DNA of 63,664 bases, the filler included, from Globobulimina sp. (lineage: Eukaryota): the NCBI GenBank assembly GCA_003354225.1. It is 46 parts of 46 records of this genome, joined end to end, with 100 filler letters (N's around TTAATTAATTAA, not from the genome) between each part and the next. Parts side by side here need not be neighbours in the genome. Positions count along the whole stretch, not along the records: positions 26,357 to 27,642 come from PIVH01019402.1; positions 27,743 to 29,028 come from PIVH01019403.1; positions 29,129 to 30,414 come from PIVH01019404.1; positions 30,515 to 31,800 come from PIVH01019405.1; positions 31,901 to 33,186 come from PIVH01019406.1; positions 33,287 to 34,572 come from PIVH01019407.1; positions 34,673 to 35,958 come from PIVH01019408.1; positions 36,059 to 37,344 come from PIVH01019409.1; 38 more parts are not named here. One strand, written 5' to 3'. Shown one piece after another: positions 26,357 to 37,344 of the stretch. A program made the position numbers and the translations under genes. The notes beneath the pieces were generated by a model that saw nothing but the letters and a program-made list of their open reading frames with translations, made no database searches and was not told where the DNA came from. Within the stretch, counting starts at the first letter, position 1. Every line of letters begins with the position of its first letter.

Positions 26357-26962
26357 ACCAAATATATTTGGAAAGTAATAAGACAATGAAATATATGGGA
26401 TATTATATCCTAAATGGTCTTCAATCCCTGATAAATTCCTTAAAATTAAATAAATCCACCAAACATAAACATGCGGCCTGACGCATAAAGGTAAAATCAT
26501 TGATGCGAGTGATTGAGCAAATAGTTCCAATGGATGCATAGCATATGTTGATAACGCAAATGGTGACTTAAAAATGTGATGTATTTTATGAAAGTTATAT
26601 AAATACTGATATTCATGAAACGCAATGTGATACGAATAAAAAAAAATATCATCTGCTACAAAAAATATTGGTATTTGCCATAATACATCAATCCAACTGA
26701 ATAACTCCTTTTTAACTGCAAAATATCCATAAAACGGAGTGAAAAAAGCAGCAAAATAAATTCCAGAAATGATTATGATCGCATTTAATGACACCCAAAA
26801 CATAGCAACTTTGTTGTGAGCATCATTTATTTTTGTCTGTTGTATTTTATATTTTTTAATGATTCCTAATTGTTCAATCAAACTAAAACATCCAACAAAG
26901 GTAAACATTGTACCAATAATACTAGACATGGTATATAAAGCCCATAATGCTGGTGTCATCAT
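26357..26962 (-). CDS. Sterol desaturase / fatty acid hydroxylase family (ERG25/ERG3-like), 3'-truncated
   Basis: His boxes FFYSYHIAFH, FHKIHH, YAMHPLE, EDHLGY. Confidence 0.9.
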
Positions 26963-27106
26963 TAAATTTTAGTACGCGAAGAAAAGCACTTGGATAAAAA
27001 ACTTATATTTTTAAGCAATCTGTGAGTCTGAATCCTGACCCACTACTAAGTCGACCTTTCGCTCAACAATTTAAACATTTGGTATATAGTTATGTTTTCA
27101 AAACAA

Positions 27107-27642
27107 TCAACCTCCTTTTGTTTGATTTGCAGCCTTGTGTTTTCGCAATAATTCAAAATATGAGTACCTATCATAACAAATATATGTAGCCATAATAATA
27201 ACGATAGTGATTGACACCAACCAAACTATGACCTTATCCCACCATTTTGGTATATCATACTGGAAAATTGCATTTAAACTAATATTTGGACAGTTGCTTG
27301 ATGACAATCGTAAATATGCGTTTTTATTCAATTCCATTGATTTCCGAAATTCTTTCAAATCAAATTCACCAGATTTTCTAACTACAAATATTCGATAATG
27401 ATGCAAATCATAATGGATATCTACGGTTATTGGTGTCCACGCTTCATGCAATAAACCATCAGCATCTAATTTGTCCCGATCTGCATTTGTCTCAATTTGC
27501 GTTGACAAACTTTCGTATTTTGTATCAATTAAATTATGCACGGAATCATCGCGTATAAATTCCGAGATCCATTGGTTTAATGAACTGTTCATATATTGAT
27601 TAATTGTATTATTTGTAATTTCATTTTTATTATAAAATGACA
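27107..27642 (-). CDS. Hypothetical protein with a C-terminal TM helix, partial
   Basis: 161-aa ORF ending in VIVWLVSITIVIIMATYICY. Confidence 0.45.
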
Positions 27643-27742
27643 NNNNNNNNNNNNNNNNNNNNNNNNNNNNNNNNNNNNNNNNNNNNTTAATTAATTAANN
27701 NNNNNNNNNNNNNNNNNNNNNNNNNNNNNNNNNNNNNNNNNN

Positions 27743-28970
27743 TGTGAAATCCTGGTTCTTCAAACAAATGCGATATAAATATAAATGGGAATTTGATATA
27801 AAATTTGCAGCCAATAATCAGACATTGCCGACCAATTTTTTATGGATTGGCTTTGCATTCAATCAGTTATTCTGTATCTTATTCTTTTTATTTTGTGTTG
27901 AGAGTGGAATGGTGTTTGGAACATTATTGGTTTTAGCTTTACTTGTTATGGACATTTATTTCATGCGACTGAAATGCAAAGATGAAGAGGTGATATTTTT
28001 AAGAGATAGACTGCAAAGGAAACAACAACAGAATAAACATGGAAATGAATATCAAACAACAAGAATATTAGCAAAACAAGTGACTGTATACAGTTATGCA
28101 GAGTATTGGAAATGTGAAGTTTGTACAATGATCAATGAAAACAGTTTGGCAAATTGTAAGATGTGCGATAATTCGCATGAGGATGATTTGCCGCCAGGAT
28201 GGAGAGTGGTATTCACTGATAATCATCGGAAATTTTATCAAAATGATATTACGCGAGAAACCCAATGGGAAAAACCAACAGAAAAACAAGAAAAGCGTCC
28301 AAAAAAAAAAGAAAAAAAAGAAAAAAAACAAGAAAAGCGTCCAGAATTAGTCGAAGGATGGACCATAATGTATACTAATGATGGAAGGAAATATTATCAA
28401 AATAATATCACCAAAGAAACGGCGTGGAGTAAACCAGGTGGTTTGAATGAAAAAATATCAAATAATATGGATGACGATGCTATTGAACCGGAATTAGTGA
28501 AAGGTTGGACGATTATGTATACAAATGATGGGAGAATATATTATCAGAATGATATTAGCAAAAAAACATCATGGAATAAACCAAATGGATATGAGGAGTC
28601 AGTGGAGAATAAACAGGAAGTTATAATTAAGGAAGCAGTGTTGCCTAAAGGTTGGAGTACGGCATATACAAATGATGGAAGGATATTTTATCAGAATGAC
28701 ATTACAAAAGTAACATCGTGGGAGATACCAAAAGAAATTGAATTGAAAAGGAGTGATGAGTTATCATTGCCTGATGGATGGCGTAAACTGTATAATGAGA
28801 GTGGAAAAGTGTATTATCAAAATAATAAAAGTAAAAAAACACAATGGATACATCCAACCGAGAAGAATTTGGGATGGATGATGAGATATACTGAAAATGG
28901 AAATGTTTTTTATCAAAATGAGATTACAAAGGTAACTCAATGGGATAAACCACGCGGATTTACTGAATAA
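27743..28970 (+). CDS. Membrane protein with a RanBP2-type zinc finger and six WW domains, 5'-truncated
   Basis: Two TM helices, WKCEVCTMINENSLANCKMCD, six GW.....G..[YF]YQN..T..T.W..P repeats. Confidence 0.9.
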
Positions 28971-29129
28971 TACTGATTGATCATCTAAATTTAACTATAT
29001 GTTCATATATTTTCTGTTTTTTTTTTTANNNNNNNNNNNNNNNNNNNNNNNNNNNNNNNNNNNNNNNNNNNNTTAATTAATTAANNNNNNNNNNNNNNNN
29101 NNNNNNNNNNNNNNNNNNNNNNNNNNNNG

Positions 29130-29278
29130 AAAGAGCATCCGGTTTTCAACGTCAGATTATTATTGTTTCTGAGAAACGAAGGCAAACCTATATAATTTTT
29201 GTCTTTGTCAGTCACCAGAAACGGTTTGCATCTACCTTACCCCAGTAAAAATCTGACGCTGAAAACCGGATGCTCTTT
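29130..29278. repeat. 29-bp inverted repeat (29130-29158 / 29250-29278)
   Basis: aaagagcatccggttttcaacgtcagatt versus the reverse complement of aatctgacgctgaaaaccggatgctcttt; one mismatch. Confidence 0.8.
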
Positions 29279-29418
29279 ATAGAAACGTGATCCTAAAAAC
29301 TTCGATTCCAGACTCACAGATAACAGATTGCTGAAACATCCCTGTGAGAGTAAGGCGTTTTTTTGATAAAAACAATAATTTGAAAAGTAGCATTTTATTT
29401 GAAATGCAACGTATGAAA

Positions 29419-30414
29419 CTAATATATCCATTTACCACACATGCTCCAATGACATGATCCCATGCTCCAACCAAAATATTTACGGAACTTTTGAGACACT
29501 TCAATTGCTGCCACCACATCATCCAACGCTTCAACACCTTCCTCCAAACAAACTGCATCACTCACAGATTTATCAGCGCCGATGGAAACATTTGCTTTCT
29601 TGAATGCTGATCTGTTGTTCATAGACAACCCAATAAATCCAACAATAAATCTGAGTTCCTGTAACGAAGCAACAATCAACAACGAAGAATTCATTTCTTT
29701 TGGTGTTTTATAAACGATAACATTCTCATAATCATTGAAATTCCATCCAACATTTACTTGTGCATCGTGTGCATAATATCGATCCGTATCCATGGCCAAT
29801 TCCGTTGACTCAAAACTTATAAAATATGTTTCATTCGCTATTCCAACTCCTTCTAACATCAACTTAGCAGATTCCAAACTTTTATCTGTGACAATTACCA
29901 ATTTAATTCCCAAGTCATTACATTTTAATATAGTTTGAGTGCAAAGCTCATCATCTCCAATCACCAAAACATTCATCATTCCTAATGTGTCCACAGAAAC
30001 ACCGCTTGCATAAATATTATATTTGTTTCTTATTTGATGCAGCAAATAATATCTAGAAAACCAAAATAAACCCACAGCAAAACTCGCAAACACCACAATA
30101 ATCAATGTCAAAATGAACCATATTAAAAATATCACCTCATTGGTCAACGGGATAATAAACAAAAAGAAAAAAATTAAGGTTACTAAACATAAAACAAATG
30201 ACCAGCACCGCTTACATATTGTAATGGTTCGCTCATAGAATTCATCATAACTTAGTCCATATTGTCTAGGACTATAAAGTTGAACTGTTTTGCCCATAAA
30301 TGTGGAATCGCCAATGGCAAAACAAACGCATTTAGCATTTCCTTCAACCAATAAAGTACCACAAAACAATAAATTCCTGGCTTCAGCTGGTACGTCATTG
30401 GATGGCTCTGAATT
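29419..30414 (-). CDS. Degenerate P2C (Na/K-ATPase-like) P-type ATPase derivative, 5'-truncated
   Basis: EARNLLFCGTLLVEGNAKCVCFAIGDSTFMGK, VDTLG, KC...GIKLVIVT, AFKKANVSIG in the canonical order, but DKTGT and GDGVND are absent. Confidence 0.75.
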   Translation of the reverse strand, partial: NSEPSNDVPAEARNLLFCGTLLVEGNAKCVCFAIGDSTFMGKTVQLYSPRQYGLSYDEFYERTITICKRCWSFVLCLVTLIFFFLFIIPLTNEVIFLIWFILTLIIVVFASFAVGLFWFSRYYLLHQIRNKYNIYASGVSVDTLGMMNVLVIGDDELCTQTILKCNDLGIKLVIVTDKSLESAKLMLEGVGIANETYFISFESTELAMDTDRYYAHDAQVNVGWNFNDYENVIVYKTPKEMNSSLLIVASLQELRFIVGFIGLSMNNRSAFKKANVSIGADKSVSDAVCLEEGVEALDDVVAAIEVSQKFRKYFGWSMGSCHWSMCGKWIY

Positions 30415-30582
30415 NNNNNNNNNNNNNNNNNNNNNNNNNNNNNNNNNNNNNNNNNNNNTTAATTAATTAANNNNNNNNNNNNNNNNNNNNNNNNNNNNNN
30501 NNNNNNNNNNNNNNAATAAGATAGATGCAAAATAACAGTTAAAGAGAAAGATAAAATAAAATGGAAATAAACTAAAGTTGAG

Positions 30583-31293
30583 TTAGATATGATGGATTAC
30601 GTCAAATTCATCAGTTACTGCATTTGAATTCGTTGCTGGTATCGGCTGTACATTTGTAGACTTTATACCTTCATACGATTCATTATCATTATCCACCATC
30701 GATACCACAGACGCTTGTGATGATTCATTGATGATTTGATTAATATCCAATGCTTTATCCTTTGTATCATCATTAGTTTCAGTCATTGTATCATCGCTTT
30801 TATACATTTTAATATAAGCTAAGATTCCAATACATATCGTTAACCAAAATAAAGTAACTGATATAATTGTAGTCTTGTTTGATAACTGTGCGTCTACATT
30901 CATTTCATCATCAAATGCATCTCTTGCACATATTGCTTGCGGATGGCATTGTATATTTATATTCGAACAAGAAGATGATTGTTTACATGCAAAACTTAAT
31001 ATGTTATTTGCATTCAAAATAGAAACAGATACTGTATTGCATGAATAATCTTTATTGCATATGATATATGTATTACGTGCAATGGATGAGATGCTGATAT
31101 TATGACAGTTAGAATCACATTGTAAGGAGCATATTGATGCTCGGTTGGTACAAATATATTCATTATTATTGCAATTGGTGTTAGCATCACAAGTTCCAAA
31201 GTTACAAATTGTTCCATTGCAAACTAAAGTGTTTGAATCCCCACAAAATGCAACGATCATCAAAATGAGTGTCCGTAAGGCTAATGTTGCCAT
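30583..31293 (-). CDS. Small Cys-rich type I membrane protein
   Basis: Signal peptide, Cys-repeat ectodomain, TM helix IISVTLFWLTICIGILAYI. Confidence 0.7.
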   Translation of the reverse strand: MATLALRTLILMIVAFCGDSNTLVCNGTICNFGTCDANTNCNNNEYICTNRASICSLQCDSNCHNISISSIARNTYIICNKDYSCNTVSVSILNANNILSFACKQSSSCSNINIQCHPQAICARDAFDDEMNVDAQLSNKTTIISVTLFWLTICIGILAYIKMYKSDDTMTETNDDTKDKALDINQIINESSQASVVSMVDNDNESYEGIKSTNVQPIPATNSNAVTDEFDVIHHI

Positions 31294-33079
31294 TATTTCT
31301 AAGTTTATTTTTACAGGTTAAAAACTTTACGCTCAGATAATCTTTTTTTATATCAAACAAGCATAATATTATGCAAGGATACAGAAAGCATAATATTGTG
31401 TTTACATTCCAACAATAAATTAAATGAATCCACTCTAACAATACTTACATTATACTACTGCCAATTAAGTTCGGAGGTTAAACATTCGAAAAACCCTCTT
31501 TGTTTACTACCGAAGGGCTTTAGCTGCAAGCGTTCCAAAAAGTGATTCTTGTCCCTTTGGAACATCTATCAAGATATACATATCCAAAAATTCATTTCAA
31601 AATTAGCTCTTACATTAAATTATTATACTCATAAACACCCATAAAAAGCATGGGGGATTCCATAATACAGCATAATATATGTAGCCTTGCATGTTATATA
31701 ATTGTTTGTTTGATATTTTATGAAAAATATATATGTTTTTTTTATATAAAATTGCAAAAGTATACAAACATATACAACAGAAACACAAACAAAAAACAGA
31801 NNNNNNNNNNNNNNNNNNNNNNNNNNNNNNNNNNNNNNNNNNNNTTAATTAATTAANNNNNNNNNNNNNNNNNNNNNNNNNNNNNNNNNNNNNNNNNNNN
31901 ATAAATGTAAAGGGAAAAAACACTTTAATTAATTAATTTTGGTGTTGTTTTAATAATTTTTTGCATTTTTCCATCTACAATAAACATTTACATCTACAAT
32001 TGACTAAAATCAACTAAGTTTGGAGCTTAAACATTAAAAAGTATGTCTCTTTTCCAGTCTATTCTAGCCGAGATTGGATTTTTAAACTACGACACAGTAG
32101 CAGTCTCTATACGAAACATTTATGTAACATAAGCATATGTTATCTTAGTTTAAAAGCGATCTCAAAATCAACAGGCGATTTTGCAGCAATTTATCAAAAA
32201 AAGTCAAACTATTTATCACATATAAAGTCATTAGGCATCATATGGAGGACATTGCAATGGATAAAAAGGAATATAATTTAATGGATTAAAATAATAATTA
32301 AAATAAAAGAGAAAAAAAATTAACAAATACGTTAATACGTTGAGCGGTTTGCGCGCAACATCTTGATCTAAACCAATCTGTCCATGGCGCTCAAAAATAC
32401 AATTATTACATCAATAATAAACTACACAAATACCGACATATTACAGCGAGATTTAAATAAATTGAATCAAGTGTTACCGCTAGATTTTATATTACCAATC
32501 CAACCCAAATGACACTGCAAACACATAATCATCGACCAATGCAAAATAATGAGCAGTGCACAGATGCCGTTATGGTTAACCTTTGGAAACGTGGATTGTA
32601 GACAGAATACAATGATGTTTAAGGCGGGTGACGATTTACGACAATACATCTCGACCTTAAATGTGATCCGTGTCATTGAGATGTAGCTGTTACGGCCAGG
32701 TAATGGTGGAAATTGTGTTGGATTCGAGCACATGGTGTCTGTATATGGTGCTTGAATAACATTTCTATTGTCTGTTTATGACAAATTAATTGAATTCTGA
32801 TAAATTATCTCGTTCAATTTTGCATTAATTACCTAAGTTAAGTAATTAACTGAATTTTGATTGAATAATCTGTAACTATTTAGCTACATTTAGACGACTT
32901 TTGCATTAATTACCTAACTTTGAGTAATTAATTGAATTATGTTGGAATAATCGGTTCATAATTGCTCTAGAAATAGTTTTAATTAACAAAAGAAAAATTT
33001 TCTCGCTCAGAACTATCTCTCTTTCTGTCAAATAATAAATCATAAACTTTAGTCTATCATAAAAAGGACATTTATTAAA

Positions 33080-33186
33080 ATGAAAAGACAATTAGATTCA
33101 CCAAACAATTCTCAACCACCAGCCAAAAAAAGGAAGTTCGACGATAATTCCAACATTTCGGAGAGTAATGATGAAGCCAATCTTAA
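33080..33186 (+). CDS. Probable gene start with an NLS-like motif, truncated by the contig end
   Basis: MKRQLDSPNNSQPPAKKRKFDD. Confidence 0.4.
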
Positions 33187-33690
33187 NNNNNNNNNNNNNN
33201 NNNNNNNNNNNNNNNNNNNNNNNNNNNNNNTTAATTAATTAANNNNNNNNNNNNNNNNNNNNNNNNNNNNNNNNNNNNNNNNNNNNATTTTCTCGATTCG
33301 GGCGACTCGGTCAGTCATTCCCCGCCCCGTCACACTAGCATTGGCGGACAAAAGGTAAAAGGCACCCGACACACGACACTTACGCGGCAAAAATCATCAA
33401 TTTCGCGGTGTTTTTCAGACTTTTTTTAAGTGTTTTGCATCATATTTTTGTACAAAAAATCCTAAATCCTAAATATGACTGCACAAAATCAAATAGATTG
33501 ATTAAATGATAACATAGAATACATGGGAAGATTTTCGGGTAAAATACGATGTTGTAATTGTGCATAATAACTTTATAAAATGGTTAATATTAAGATTAAA
33601 CACTTAACATTAAACATTTTGTGTTGGTGCATGTAGTACTGTATGTCTACTGTCTAAATTGGAACAATTGAAGTCCTAAATTTAATTTAA

Positions 33691-33804
33691 GTTACACTTC
33701 CATATGGCAACATATCCATGAGTTACATGACATATTATGTTACACTTTCATATGGCAATATATCCATGTGTTGCTTCACTTCCATATGGCAACATATCTA
33801 TGTG
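33691..33804. repeat. Three imperfect copies of a ~28-bp unit
   Basis: cact(t)ccatatggcaa(c/t)atatc(c/t)atg occurs three times. Confidence 0.8.
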
Positions 33805-35102
33805 ATACGTCCATCTCTATCTATAAATATTCTAAATATAAAAATGAAAATGAAAATAAAGTATAAAAATGAAATTTTCTAAAAACTGTGGAATTGTGTT
33901 GAGGACATCCTAGACTGGCAGTGTGCCAAATTTGGTGCAGATTCGGCGACTTTTTTTGTTTTAGTTCCCATATACGGGCTGCACTTAGAACCTCCGGGTT
34001 CTAAGTTTGACCCATTTCACTGTCATGAAAAGTGGAATATTTCAGCGCTGAAGGCAGAAACCCATAGTGAACTGAAGTATGTGAGGTAGATGGGCTCATA
34101 TCTACCCATCGCAAAAGGAATTAGAGCGATCGGCAACGCGCAAGAGGTTTTAGATGTAACTCAAACCTGTACTATTCCATCAGAGGGTGAAATCACCGTA
34201 TAGGGGAAGGAAAAGGTGAATTGGCAAAAAAGGGGTGAAACGAAGGTATTTGTCTATATCATTGCACTATCTAGATGTATTTTGATGCGCCGATTACAAA
34301 TCTTACTTCAATTTGGCGATCCGACGAACGGTTGCTGAGCTATTAGCCGTTGAAGTAGTGAGGGTGGTATTCCATCGCTGATGTACGGCTAACAGTAATA
34401 GTACATTTTATCCTAGGACTTCCTACAGTGCAGCCTTTAGCAATAGGTAATGGTATATTGCCTCTATAGATGATATAAAGTTTTGGTATCGGTTATGGTA
34501 ACATATTTAGTAATGTTAATGGTAATTACTCAAGTGGGATGGCATTTGAAACATGAACTTTTATGGAGCTCCNNNNNNNNNNNNNNNNNNNNNNNNNNNN
34601 NNNNNNNNNNNNNNNNTTAATTAATTAANNNNNNNNNNNNNNNNNNNNNNNNNNNNNNNNNNNNNNNNNNNNTAGTTTTTATTGCGCAGGAAATCATACA
34701 GTACCTGGACTCTCCAAAGCATTGTATGAAGGTTCCTGCATCTCTAGTTATCGACAATATAGGTTATTCGCTTGAGATAGAAAAAAAACGACAGGAAAAA
34801 AGAATGGGGATACAAGGGCTTTTGTGTCAATTTTGGCGGTCATGTTAATTCGTACCGGTTATATGGCCTGAGTCGCACCTTCCGGGTACGGATTTGTATT
34901 CCTGTGGTCCGACATTTTATGGAAATTTATCTGAAATCTCACCGTCAGCCCCCTCGGGCAGGCCGGGAGAGAGCCAGTTCGCTATTGTCACCAGTCGAAA
35001 AAAGGTTTACCATAACTCCCTTCTTCGCGAACCTGTTATTTTGCAATGAAACTTTTATTCTGAAATTAAGATCAAAATAGAACGAGTTCTGACGGTAAAA
35101 AA

Positions 35103-35725
35103 TTAATTCAGTGGAAGAAAATCATACATCGCTGGAGCTGGCTCTTTTTCTTCCTCTTGAATCTGTTCAGTGGCCACTAATATAAATATATAATATGTTA
35201 TTCGTAAGTGCAAAATCTGAAAATATAAAAACGTTTTTGATAGTTGATACCTGGTTGAATGAACGTAGAAGCCACATAGATTCCATATTGCTTTTTGGCC
35301 TCAAAATACTGAACACCTCGGTTTGTACCATTGCATGTACCCTTTTTCTGTTGTAATTGCAATCCGTAATACACTTTGCCGCCATTGATCCACGAGGGTA
35401 CACCAACATATTTCACGGTGCCTTTACAATTTGTCTTTGTGCACATAACAACATCGCCCATTTTAAATGGATATTTAGAAACGGATGTTTTGGTACATTG
35501 CACTATTTTGGCAGCTTTGCAAAATCTGCCCGTTTTTGTCCTTTTTTTTGTATCGAAGTATTTTATATTGTTAAATGTTCCGTTATTTTTGGAGCCTCCT
35601 TTTGTGATATCAATGCCATAAAATATTCCTTTTTTACCCATTATGTTTCCCATGTAACGGACAGTTCCTTCGGCTCCGTCTGATAATATAACCTTGTTAT
35701 ACAGTAAAATTTCCAGATCTGACAT
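35103..35725 (-). CDS. Tandem CAP-Gly domain protein; intron ~35178-35250; 3' end uncertain
   Basis: GTVRYMG...FYGIDI..G.SKNNGTFNNIKYF and GTVKYVG...YYGLQL...KGTCNGT..GVQYF....YGIYV. Confidence 0.85.
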
Positions 35726-35837
35726 GGTCTGTCTGTGAAAACCCTTAAGTTTTGCTTTGCAAAAAGCTGTCGGCTGATTTCACAAAAGGAGAAAGTTATT
35801 TTTATTGCGTTGATTCTTGCAACTTTGCCTCAATATC

Positions 35838-35958
35838 AATTAACTTTTTTGGCTTAGTTTCGTTTCATTTCATTTCAACGATTGGCAAGGTTTTTGGGTT
35901 AGCTAGAGTGGTTTTCAACCTAGTATTCGAAGTTGACCTAGTATTGGATGACCTAGGT
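35838..35958. repeat. Terminus of a dispersed repeat (shared with 58047-58124) with internal acctagtatt sub-repeats
   Basis: 78 bp match the other contig with one mismatch. Confidence 0.85.
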
Positions 35959-36058
35959 NNNNNNNNNNNNNNNNNNNNNNNNNNNNNNNNNNNNNNNNNN
36001 NNTTAATTAATTAANNNNNNNNNNNNNNNNNNNNNNNNNNNNNNNNNNNNNNNNNNNN

Positions 36059-37344
36059 GAGATTCTTGTGATCGGTATGTAATGTAAAATGCTTTCCGAT
36101 CAATAAATATCTCCATTTTTCTATATAATATATAGATGCAAATAGTTCCTGTTCGGAGACGTGCCATCGAGTCTGTGGTCCGGAAAATGTTTTTGATGAA
36201 AAGGCAATTGGTTGGAAGATGCCATCGTCGTTTATGTGGCCTATAGCGCCACCAATGCCATATTGCGAAGCATCTGTAAATAGATGCAATGGTCGATTTG
36301 GATCTGGATGAATTAAATAATTTGTATTCTGTACGCATTTTCGCAATAAATTGAATGCGGCGCGGCGTTCTGCAGTCATCTCAAATGGAACGTCTTTTTT
36401 TAATAACTGACGCAGCGAAGCTGTGTATTTATTCATATCTGGTATGAAATGGTGCAAATAATTTATCAGTCCCAAGAATCGCATCAATTGCTTCTTCGTC
36501 CGGGGCTGCGGTACATTTATCACTTTATCTTTATATTTATCTGTAACTCGTACACCAATTTTATCCACCAAGAACCCTAAGTATTGTGTCTCCGATGCCG
36601 CCCAGTAACATTTATCTAATCTAAGTTTTATATTATGCGCTATTATCAAATCAAAGACAACTTTTAGGTGTTCGAGATGCTGTGCAATGGAATCCGACGC
36701 AATGGCAATGTCATCGATATATACGGTGACAAAGTCCAAATGGCCAAATATTTTGGTCATTATACGTTGAAAGAAATTCGGTGCCTGTTTTAAACCAAAC
36801 GGCATAAAATTCCAATGATATAAATGGCCGTCAAACCAAAAGGCGGTCAAACGTTTGGTTTCTTCATCGAGCGGAATGTGCCAATAACCGCCCTTCATAT
36901 CTAATGATGTAATTATATTTTTATTATGAAATTTATGCAGTAATTGTGTGATATTCGGCAGTGGAAAACGGTCATTTTTTGTGATTGCGTTCAAACGCCG
37001 ATAATCAAAAACAATCCGTACATCTCCGGTTTTCTTTGGGATTGGAAATAATGGGGAACGCCACTCAGAATCTGAATATTCGATTTTTTTAATATCTTTT
37101 AAGTGATCTATTTGTTTTTTCATTTCTTTAAAATGCTTTGGACTGTATCGGAACCGCGAGGATCGTATTGGCGTCGTATCGACGTTATCTTTGAAATTAA
37201 TATGGAATTCAACATCAGGTATGCTTCCAGTCTCAAATATGTTTTTTGATACAATATTTTGATATTGATTCAACAAATTATATATAGGTTCTTTGGCTGC
37301 ATTTATCTGTATATTTGCTTGTGTGACATCGAATGGTTCGGAAG
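36059..37344 (-). mobile_element. Ty3/Gypsy LTR retrotransposon pol fragment (RT plus RNase H), intact frame
   Basis: SPLFPIPKKTGDVRIVFDYRRLN, LDMKGGYWHI, MPFGLKQAP, YIDDI, FTDASQYGIG, EQELFA, HTDHKNL. Confidence 0.96.

Noticed and set aside
32821..32952. ~50-bp imperfect direct duplication
   Set aside because: AT-rich local duplication with no further structure
33691..33804. Three ~28-bp repeats as a mini CRISPR
   Set aside because: Spacers are very short and irregular, repeats are degenerate and there are no cas genes; this is an ordinary minisatellite
36059..37344. Reverse transcriptase as a retron, DGR or defence RT
   Set aside because: RT followed by Ty3-type RNase H motifs is a standard LTR retrotransposon pol
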